A stretch of 32,000 bases of DNA, taken from positions 49,532-81,531 of the forward strand of contig CAZYLT010000004.1 in assembly GCA_964648855.1 (NCBI GenBank), given 5' to 3'. The position numbers and the translations under genes are program-made. Within the stretch, counting starts at the first letter, position 1. Each line of letters begins with the position of its first letter. Below are positions 1 through 7,233 of the stretch, piece by piece. The DNA comes from an uncultured archaeon (GTDB lineage: Archaea > Asgardarchaeota > Thorarchaeia > Thorarchaeales > Thorarchaeaceae). The notes under the pieces are model-generated. The model searched no databases. It was not told the DNA's origin and worked only from the letters and a program-made list of their open reading frames with translations.

Positions 1-38
1 CCGGGGTTATCTTCCAACAAATCCTTCGGTTTTGTCAT
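1..38 (-). CDS. 5' end of a gene running off the left edge (MTKPKDLLEDNP...), product unknown; position next to the ORBs would suit an Orc1/Cdc6 or other replication gene
   Basis: ATG at 38 preceded by GGTGAATTAGGTT (RBS-like GGTGA); frame open to the window edge. Only 12 codons visible. Confidence 0.5.
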   Translation of the reverse strand, partial: MTKPKDLLEDNP

Positions 39-161
39 AACCTAATTCACCACAGGCACATCATACCAACAATTTCAGCGACACTCATATTGTGTATCAG
101 TGTTGTGGTACTGGAATACTACTTAGAACACGTGTTCCAGTTAATATTCGCTGGCTAATAT

Positions 162-183
162 ACCCCTTCGTTTCCACTGGAAG
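162..183 (-). promoter_or_regulatory. Origin recognition box (ORB)
   Basis: Reverse complement reads CTTCCAGTGGAAACGAAGGGGT: inverted-repeat core plus G-string. Confidence 0.85.
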
Positions 184-304
184 TATAGAAATGGGGTACG
201 ATCAAGGCGCCCGTTGTATGATATATATAGAAATGGAGATAATATCGGGATGCATATACTACTATTTATACTTTACTAATTAGCTTCTTTGTAATTTATA
301 CCTG

Positions 305-326
305 TCTGGAGTGGAAACAATGGGGT
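305..326 (+). promoter_or_regulatory. ORB (degenerate left half)
   Basis: TCTGGAGTGGAAACAATGGGGT: AGTGGAAAC core plus G-string. Confidence 0.7.
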
Positions 327-409
327 GTACGAAGACTTAGAACACGTGGTCTAAATGTATTCCAAAAACGCCCGGTGCAAGCAAAATGTATTATCTGTAT
401 TACAGTGTC

Positions 410-703
410 TTACAAGTACACTTCTGATTCAACTTTGAAAATTTTGATTTTCAATATGTCACGGTAATACAGGAACAGCTCGTCGAACTGATCTTTGCAA
501 CCATCGGGAACCAAAATCGCAGAGTCTGTAACCGACTCAGCTCCCATACACTCCTCAATAAGTCCGACCTTTCTCTTCGTCTTGGTGCCCGACTTAGTCT
601 TCCATGAATAGGTGAATCCGTAGAGCTCTTTTGTGAAAGACACTCTCCTGGCGTTACTCTCCCTAGCCGCAACACAATCATAGATGTACAAGAACGCCAA
701 CAA
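410..703 (-). CDS. Small hypothetical protein, predicted Cas2/VapD-like ferredoxin fold
   Basis: TTG start with GGTGA RBS just upstream. N-terminal strand FLYIYD, helix NARRVSFTKELYG, then SAILVP and KIKIFKV strands. Confidence 0.6.
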   Translation of the reverse strand: MLAFLYIYDCVAARESNARRVSFTKELYGFTYSWKTKSGTKTKRKVGLIEECMGAESVTDSAILVPDGCKDQFDELFLYYRDILKIKIFKVESEVYL

Positions 704-839
704 CTGTCACCGAAAAACTAGAACACATGTTCTCAATTTCTTAGTTTGTAATATATCTCCTCGATGGAAACCTTAAAGGACAAGTAGCATCGCTCACCCG
801 CTCAGCCGAAGGTGAAACTTCAGCTCGGGAGGTCTACTT

Positions 840-2144
840 GTGAATAAGATTGGGATCAGAAGAGAGGAAAAAGCATTCGAGGCCCGGGCACCAATTATTC
901 CTGCCCATGTAAAGGAGCTGAGCCGAGGCCATGGGATAGAGTTCATAGTTGAACCGAGCGATTTGAGGGTGTTCGACGAAAAACTCTACCTAGAAGCTGG
1001 CGCCGAAACGGGATTACTGGACGGGGAAGAGCCAAAGGTAATAATTGGCATCAAAGAGATGCCAGAGGATTTCTTCCAATCTGGTAAGGTATATCTCTTC
1101 TTCAGTCACACGATAAAAGGTCAGAGGCACAATATGCCCATGCTTGCACGCATTCTTGATGAAGGTGCAACTCTTCTTGATTATGAACTCATAGTAGACG
1201 ATGAAGGTAGACGATTGGTATACTTTGGAAATTGGGCTGGGATGGCTGGAATCTCCGACACATTCAGGGTCCTTGGTGAGCGACTCGAACTAGAAAACAT
1301 TAGACCCAATCCATTTCACGGAATGAAACCCACCTTACAATCAAAAGGGCTCTCAGGCATAGAAAGAGAGTTCGGAACCTTAGCAAAAAGAATCCAGGAA
1401 GACGGTCTTCCCAAAGAGCTTACTCCTTTTGTTGTGGGTTTTGCAGGCTATGGCAACGTGTCCAGAGGAGCACAGAGAATGTTCGATATCTTGCCCCATG
1501 AAGTGATAGCGCCCGACGATTTGCCATCTCTACCAGCAAAAACGGATGTATTGTACAAATGCGTCTTCAAGGAGAAAGATATGGTGGCTCCTAATGATGA
1601 CAATGTGGAGTTCGAACTACAAGATTACTACACTCACGGGCTTGAGAAATATCACGGGATATTCCACGAACATGCAAAATACCTTACCGTGTTGATGAAT
1701 TGCATATACTGGTCTCCCAAGTACCCTCGCTTGTTAACCAAAGATTTCATTGAGAGTCAATGGTCGAAGACAAAGAACAAGCTCATCGTAGTAGGCGACA
1801 TCTCATGCGACATTGAAGGTGCGATTGAATTTACCGTTAAATGCACTAAGCCGGATAAGCCTGCCTTCACATACAATACAACAGCGAAAACAGCAGACTC
1901 AGGTGTCACAACTAATGGGCCTGTGATTATGGCGGTAGACAATCTCCCATGTGAATTGCCAATAGAGTCGTCAACCTCTTTCAGTGAAACCCTATTGGAT
2001 TTTGCACCTCCACTAGCAAAAACAGATTTCACTGTCGATTTCAACAAGCTTGATCTCTGCCGAGAGCTAAAAGACGCAATAATTGTCTATCAAGGGTCTC
2101 TCACTAAACCATACAAGTATCTAAACAAATATCTCAACAGGTGA
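840..2144 (+). CDS. Lysine-ketoglutarate reductase / saccharopine dehydrogenase (lysine-forming), AASS N-terminal-like
   Basis: IRRE..E.RAP, GIKE, FFSHTIKGQ, LLDYE, FGNWAGMAG, GYGNVSRGA, NCIYW, DISCD..GAIEF and VDNLP.ELP motifs of the LKR/AlaDh-PNT family; GGGAGGT RBS. Confidence 0.92.
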   Translation: MNKIGIRREEKAFEARAPIIPAHVKELSRGHGIEFIVEPSDLRVFDEKLYLEAGAETGLLDGEEPKVIIGIKEMPEDFFQSGKVYLFFSHTIKGQRHNMPMLARILDEGATLLDYELIVDDEGRRLVYFGNWAGMAGISDTFRVLGERLELENIRPNPFHGMKPTLQSKGLSGIEREFGTLAKRIQEDGLPKELTPFVVGFAGYGNVSRGAQRMFDILPHEVIAPDDLPSLPAKTDVLYKCVFKEKDMVAPNDDNVEFELQDYYTHGLEKYHGIFHEHAKYLTVLMNCIYWSPKYPRLLTKDFIESQWSKTKNKLIVVGDISCDIEGAIEFTVKCTKPDKPAFTYNTTAKTADSGVTTNGPVIMAVDNLPCELPIESSTSFSETLLDFAPPLAKTDFTVDFNKLDLCRELKDAIIVYQGSLTKPYKYLNKYLNR

Positions 2145-2151
2145 ATAAACC

Positions 2152-3465
2152 ATGAAGACTGTTCTATGTCTAGGAGCGGGTCTCGTCGCCCGACCCTATG
2201 TTCAATATCTATGTAAAAGAGGATTTCATGTTATCGTTGCTAGCCGAACAAAGGAAAAGGCCGAGAAATTGATCCAAGGCTGCAAGAGCGCAGAAGCTGT
2301 GCAATTCAACATCAAAGATGATGATGAGCTCCTTCAAGAACTAGTAAACAAATCTGACCTGGTATGCTCCCTTCTTCCATATACTTACCACGTTAAGGCA
2401 GCAGAAGTAGCAATTGAGAATAACAAGCACTTCTGTACCACTTCTTACATTTCAAACGAGATGCACGAGCTGGACAAACCTGCAAATGAATCCAATGTTA
2501 TTCTTCTCAATGAGTGTGGTGTAGATCCTGGAATTGACCACATGAGTGCGCAAAAAATCATTGATGAAATTCATGATCAGGGTGGCAAGATAATCAGTTT
2601 CACTTCTTTCACTGGCGGCTTGCCTGCTCCAGAAGCAAATGATAATCCATTTGGTTACAAGCTATCATGGAGTCCTCGCGGTGTCCTGCTTGCAGGACGA
2701 AATGATGCTCAATTCTTGCAGGATGGCGAAGAGGTAACCATTCCCGGTTCAGAGTTGTTCAACAATTGCAACATTATGGAAATCCCCGGAATGGGTGAAT
2801 TCGAAGGATATCCCAATCGAGATAGCCTCTCTTACATTGATATCTATGATATCAATGAGGTCCAAACAATGTTGAGGGGCACATTGAGATATCCTGGCTG
2901 GTGTGATACCATCCAAGCAATTGCTGATTTGGGTCTTCTAGACCTGACGGAACGAAAGCTATCTGGTATAACATACAAAGAGATGATTCAACAAATCGTA
3001 TCCGAAGACAGCAATCCAAGAGAAGCCGTTGCCAAGGAGCTGAGCTTAGAATCTTCTGATCCGATTATCGAACGACTCGATTGGCTAGGATTATTTTCCG
3101 AAGATACAATGCCTGATGACAGGAATACATACCTTGATGCTCTATGTAATCTGTTCGAAGAGAAACTGCAGTATGCTACTGGCGAACGAGATATGATTGT
3201 GATGCATCATGAATTCGTTGCCAAATACCCAGAAAAGAGAGAGAAGGTAACATCGACCTTGATTGATTATGGTATCCCCAACGATGACACCTCTATGTCT
3301 AGAACTGTGGCATTACCTGTCGCTATTGCATCTAGACTAATTCTACAAGACAAAATTGACGCTAGGGGAGTACATCGGCCTATTCTTCCTGAGATCTATG
3401 AGCCTATTTTGTCTGAGCTAAAGGAACTCGGGATAGAGCTCAAAGAGAGAACAACAAAACTGTAG
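2152..3465 (+). CDS. Saccharopine dehydrogenase (glutamate-forming), Lys9 / AASS C-terminal-like
   Basis: Rossmann LGAGLV, SLLPYTYH, TTSY, NECGVDPGIDHM, GGLPAPE..DNPFGYK.SWSP.GVL, RGTLRYPG, M.RTVALP. Confidence 0.95.
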   Translation: MKTVLCLGAGLVARPYVQYLCKRGFHVIVASRTKEKAEKLIQGCKSAEAVQFNIKDDDELLQELVNKSDLVCSLLPYTYHVKAAEVAIENNKHFCTTSYISNEMHELDKPANESNVILLNECGVDPGIDHMSAQKIIDEIHDQGGKIISFTSFTGGLPAPEANDNPFGYKLSWSPRGVLLAGRNDAQFLQDGEEVTIPGSELFNNCNIMEIPGMGEFEGYPNRDSLSYIDIYDINEVQTMLRGTLRYPGWCDTIQAIADLGLLDLTERKLSGITYKEMIQQIVSEDSNPREAVAKELSLESSDPIIERLDWLGLFSEDTMPDDRNTYLDALCNLFEEKLQYATGERDMIVMHHEFVAKYPEKREKVTSTLIDYGIPNDDTSMSRTVALPVAIASRLILQDKIDARGVHRPILPEIYEPILSELKELGIELKERTTKL

Positions 3466-3505
3466 TAGATAGAACTTCAAGCTGAGCAGAGGACTGAAGC
3501 TGAAT

Positions 3506-4132
3506 CTATTTGCCGACTTGCAAGTGAATCAGTGAAAGAATCTCTTCAGACCTTTCCACTTCCTTCTGTGTTTCTTTTAATTCAGTCTTTAGTCGGTATG
3601 TATAGCCCGAGCGATTTCCATACCTCTCTACATGCCCCTCTCCCTCATCCCACATTCTTGCAAGATAAGTAGACGCAGTGCTCTTTGGAAGCGACTCATT
3701 GAAGGTACTCTCATAGATTTCAGCTACATCAAGAGAAGAGAATTTGCCATGTTTGAATGATGCGTATATTACAACCTGCATCTTCTCGTAATTACTCATG
3801 GCTTCAAAGTCCAATTCAGGCGAACCTGTCGATGGTGCCTCCATTTTGGTTTCAGGAAAGCTATATCCTGTGCTAGTTTCAAGAAATACCCTGAACTTCT
3901 GGATCATCTCATCAATGTCGCCCTTAACTTGAAAGCTGGATTCTTCTCCCGTGGTTTCTGAAGATATTACTATCTTGAAATCAAAAGGAGATTCTGTGAG
4001 TGATACTATCTTTTTGAAACGTTTTAGAGCCTCATCCGGGGAAACGTATTTGCACCGGAAGATTTCCTTCATTCCTGGTCCGGAGCTATAGGTGAACTCG
4101 TAGATGTAATTTGTCCGAATTTCTTCACTCAC
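3506..4132 (-). CDS. Winged-helix DNA-binding protein with duplicated N-terminal beta-beta-alpha modules
   Basis: GTG start with GGTGA RBS. C-terminal FSSLDVAEIYE..F...LPKSTASTYLARM.......VER.G....YTYRL is a typical wHTH. Confidence 0.75.
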   Translation of the reverse strand: MSEEIRTNYIYEFTYSSGPGMKEIFRCKYVSPDEALKRFKKIVSLTESPFDFKIVISSETTGEESSFQVKGDIDEMIQKFRVFLETSTGYSFPETKMEAPSTGSPELDFEAMSNYEKMQVVIYASFKHGKFSSLDVAEIYESTFNESLPKSTASTYLARMWDEGEGHVERYGNRSGYTYRLKTELKETQKEVERSEEILSLIHLQVGK

Positions 4133-4643
4133 TTTGATTCACCATAATCAGTACTGAAACCCAAGGGTACCGTACACCTGATTCACATGTGGTAACGTTG
4201 CAATCCAAATAAGTGTGAGTATGTGAATCGACTATACACACATAACGTCAAGATATTACCCAACATAGCTTGATTAGCTTCTAAACCTTCAATTAGAGTA
4301 TTCTAAGACATTATAGTAACCATTTCAATATAAAAAACCCTCATAACTCTTATTTTACACCTTTAGGTGATTTCTCCAACTTAACTACTATTCACATGCT
4401 TATCATGCTTGTGAACATGCTATAGTATTATTCATATCTCTAATTACTCATCTCCAGTGGAAACGAAGGGGTGTCTTTATTCACATGTATGAACGGGGTT
4501 ATGAGGGCTTTTCTAATGAAAATAAGACAAATGACATTCTTTTGCAGTAATTCATTCACAAAAATGGCGCCATTCACAGATAATGGTTGTGAAAATGTGT
4601 TAATGAGGTGAATAATTGAAAGGAAGACTAGTGAAAGAGGATT
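4133..4643. other. Putative origin-like region B: ORB, AT-rich DNA, TTCACA repeats and a long imperfect inverted repeat
   Basis: ORB 4453-4472; ATTCACA or its inverse at 4181, 4222, 4390, 4479, 4554, 4572; inverted repeat about 4323-4349 / 4496-4521. Confidence 0.65.
4453..4472 (+). promoter_or_regulatory. ORB identical (inverted) to 162-181
   Basis: TCCAGTGGAAACGAAGGGGT, a 20/20 match to the reverse complement of 162-181. Confidence 0.85.
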
Positions 4644-5648
4644 CTACGCTAGAATTGGTAGGAAAGAGTTCGAAGATTGTCCTCCCAGGACAATCTGCTT
4701 ATGAAATCCAGAATGCCGACTTATCACCGATTCCAGCTTACCAGACACCCTCACACTCGTTCCTTCACGCGCACATTCTGTAAATCTACTCTGATGCCCC
4801 ACAATTTTGGTCAAGAATGGATCGTTATCACACTCAACAGAATATTCACAGGGCGTAAAGATAGCCTTGTAATCATCAATAATTCTGCACGTTCTATTTA
4901 CTAGCCCTGACGATTTTGTGATATAATCTCCGTATTGAAAGCTAGCATCTGATTCATTTGGAACTAGACGGATGAAAAAATCTCTGGAGCGAAAATGTCC
5001 TTGCAAGACTTTTTGTTCTTCAAGCATTTCGAGCACTGCCGCGTTCTCCCTGTTTCCCCATCGCAATTGGGTGTGCTCAGTCAATTCTCTTCCCGAATAT
5101 CTTTCTAATTCGTCATCATCTTGAGAAAAAATCTCTCCCATCTCTGCATACAACTTCTTCCCTATATCGTATCCGTAGACAATAAGATCAATATCGGAAG
5201 AAGAATGGGCCAAACCTGCCAAGTTTGATCCTATAATCCCCATGTTGTCAAGGCTTACTCCGGTTTTTGTAGATAACCTAGTCGCCAAATCAATTATGTC
5301 TCGCTCGAGATTTGATGCCGCACTACATTCAAGTAATTCTCTCAAATGTTCGATTGGATTTAGAACCCGCACGATATCATTTTTTGGAACAATCTGAACA
5401 ACTCGATCTTTGGTGGTATCAAAATGCAGATAGGATGCAGTCTTCGTCTGAGCATACCTCATTTTTTCGGGGAGTGTTGGTATTTTTCTGTAAGTACATC
5501 CATCTTTTGACTCTCTATCTCCATCTTCACTTCTCACATATCTCGCATAAGCAATGTATCCATCAGAAGGATGCACTAGACCTCTTACCTCAAATATATC
5601 TCCATTATTGACCTCGAGAAAGTCGCCTTCAATCACATTACCCTGCAT
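4644..5648 (-). CDS. Predicted archaeal nucleotidyltransferase (COG1665-like, Pol-beta superfamily)
   Basis: EGDF..., F.V.G..HP...IAY.RYV, and the GS-DxD signature GIIGS.LAG.....SDIDLIVYG. Confidence 0.8.
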   Translation of the reverse strand: MQGNVIEGDFLEVNNGDIFEVRGLVHPSDGYIAYARYVRSEDGDRESKDGCTYRKIPTLPEKMRYAQTKTASYLHFDTTKDRVVQIVPKNDIVRVLNPIEHLRELLECSAASNLERDIIDLATRLSTKTGVSLDNMGIIGSNLAGLAHSSSDIDLIVYGYDIGKKLYAEMGEIFSQDDDELERYSGRELTEHTQLRWGNRENAAVLEMLEEQKVLQGHFRSRDFFIRLVPNESDASFQYGDYITKSSGLVNRTCRIIDDYKAIFTPCEYSVECDNDPFLTKIVGHQSRFTECAREGTSVRVSGKLESVISRHSGFHKQIVLGGQSSNSFLPILA

Positions 5649-5707
5649 TCTTCTTTCAAACCAATCGAAATCATCAGAGTTAAGACCTACTGGTCCTGAA
5701 TAAGAGT

Positions 5708-6919
5708 ATGCCTGAAATAGAAATACGAGAAGACTTTCCCCTATTCGAAGCTAATCCAGCATTAGTATATCTTGACTCTTCAAGTACAACACTTGTTCCT
5801 GAAACAGTTATCTCTGCATCGTCAGAATTTCTGCGCAATATTACTGTGTCGTCCAGAAGAGGTGCATACCAACTTGCAGTTAAAGGTGGGCAGATAGTTG
5901 AGGATGCTAGGAAACGATTGGCCTCCATGCTTAGTACTAATGCCAATCAAATATCATTCCACGGAAGCCTACCATCTGCAATTACGTCGCTAGTCCTAGG
6001 CTATGATTGGAGCTCGGGAAAGAAAGACTCGATAATAATATCAGAGGCAGAACACAACTCAGTCATCATTCCTTTACGACGAGTAGCTGAAATTCTGAAT
6101 ATTGACGTGCATATCATCCCGACGAATGAGAATGGGGTTGTAGATATTCAGGAACTGGATAGAATCACCAACAATAGAACAGGAATTGTAGCCGTATCGG
6201 AATGGGTGCCTGGAACTGACAAACACAACCCGCTAGAAACTATATCTGAAATCGCACACGACTCGGGTGCTATTTTACTCACAGAAGCAAGCAGAGAAGT
6301 CGCATTTTCCGAAGACATATCCTTCCCCTCCTTTGCTGACGTCGCATTCTTTTCAAGCAATAGATGCCTGATGGCGCCACCGGGAACTACAATCCAATGG
6401 GCTTCAAGGGAAATAGGAAACAGAGTCAAGCCTGGAATTCTAGGAGCAAACTCGGTTTCCGTTGTTGAAGAATCCTCATTTGAAACAGCGCTTCCCCCTG
6501 ACAAATTTGAATCGGGCATTTTGCCAATATCAAGTATTGCAGCTATTGATGAGGCAATCAATTATACCCGAGGCCTTCGGAGCAAAGGCCTTCTAAAGCA
6601 CATGAGAACTCTATCCAAGCACCTAGTAGAGTCTCTAAATGGCATCCCATCATTAACTCTCTACGGGAATCCAACTAGTGAGAATGTCTCAGTCATTTTC
6701 AACATTGGCAAGGATGCCGGTGTCAGTTGCCATGACATTGCACTATTCCTGAATCAAAGCAACATAGCCGTGAGATCGGGCCTATTATGCTCATCACTCT
6801 TGATGAAGAAGTATTCCGATGCTGGTGTGATTCAAGTTTCTCTTCATGGTTATAATACCATGTCCGATATTGATAAGCTCTCAAAACAGCTGAACCTAAT
6901 TGCTTCTCAACTCATATAG
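5708..6919 (+). CDS. SufS/cysteine desulfurase-like class V aminotransferase-fold protein, degenerate PLP site
   Basis: IREDFP, VYLDSSSTT, EHNS, P.KFESG, IAVRSGLLC, VSLHGYNT..DID. The canonical SGHK motif reads SSNR. Confidence 0.85.
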   Translation: MPEIEIREDFPLFEANPALVYLDSSSTTLVPETVISASSEFLRNITVSSRRGAYQLAVKGGQIVEDARKRLASMLSTNANQISFHGSLPSAITSLVLGYDWSSGKKDSIIISEAEHNSVIIPLRRVAEILNIDVHIIPTNENGVVDIQELDRITNNRTGIVAVSEWVPGTDKHNPLETISEIAHDSGAILLTEASREVAFSEDISFPSFADVAFFSSNRCLMAPPGTTIQWASREIGNRVKPGILGANSVSVVEESSFETALPPDKFESGILPISSIAAIDEAINYTRGLRSKGLLKHMRTLSKHLVESLNGIPSLTLYGNPTSENVSVIFNIGKDAGVSCHDIALFLNQSNIAVRSGLLCSSLLMKKYSDAGVIQVSLHGYNTMSDIDKLSKQLNLIASQLI

Positions 6920-6939
6920 ATATCAACAAATAGTATTAG

Positions 6940-7191
6940 TTACCCAAGAGCGAAAGTTGGGGGATAAAAGACGAAGTATTGAACAACTATTGCCAACAAA
7001 ATACCGCTGAATACGAGACTTTTACCCCTCTTCGAATTGACGTCAGTAAACCATAGAATAGCTCCTGACAGAACCACAATCACTGCTGAAACTCTTGCGA
7101 TGAACACTAGAAACTCCCATATTTCTGCAAAGTATGTAGCAATTAATGAAGCAAACTCGGTTAATGGTGTTAAGAGCATCCAACAATTCAT
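6940..7191 (-). CDS. Small two-TM membrane protein, VirB2/TrbC pilin-like topology
   Basis: Two hydrophobic segments separated by a short charged loop: GAILWFTDVNSKRGKSLVFSGILL. Confidence 0.55.
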   Translation of the reverse strand: MNCWMLLTPLTEFASLIATYFAEIWEFLVFIARVSAVIVVLSGAILWFTDVNSKRGKSLVFSGILLAIVVQYFVFYPPTFALG

Positions 7192-7233
7192 TATTCACAC
7201 ATGAAATATAGTAGATTTCGTAATATAAGCCCC

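Larger units (their letters stand above)
121..348 (+). repeat. 14-bp direct repeat ACTTAGAACACGTG (121-134, 335-348) with palindromic core GAACACGTGTTC; third variant at 721-732
   Basis: Read directly from the sequence. Confidence 0.85.
121..354. other. Putative replication origin A: oppositely oriented ORB pair flanking an AT-rich element
   Basis: ORB at 162-183 (minus: CTTCCAGTGGAAACGAAGGGGT), ORB-like at 305-326 (TCTGGAGTGGAAACAATGGGGT), AT-rich tract about 255-300. Matches the archaeal ORB consensus TCCAnTGGAAAC..GGGG. Confidence 0.8.

Noticed and set aside
92-283. 63-aa ORF
   Set aside because: It runs across the ORB and AT tract with no protein-like features.
121-733. CRISPR array next to the Cas2-like gene
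   Set aside because: Repeats are only 12-14 bp, irregularly spaced, and no other cas genes are present.
758-771. TCCTCGATGGAAAC as a further ORB
   Set aside because: Wrong spacing in the dyad, no G-string, and it overlaps a likely promoter.
2142-2154. Selenocysteine or readthrough fusion of LKR and SDH at the TGA stop
   Set aside because: The 7-nt gap puts SDH out of frame, and SDH has its own GGTGA RBS overlapping the stop.
162-4472. 20-bp inverted repeat as terminal inverted repeats of a transposon
   Set aside because: The sequence is the ORB consensus; no transposase is enclosed and no target-site duplication was seen.
4496-4508. GGGTTATGAGGGC as an antisense guide to the tRNA-Met anticodon arm
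   Set aside because: No C/D boxes flank it; it is better explained as one arm of the local inverted repeat.
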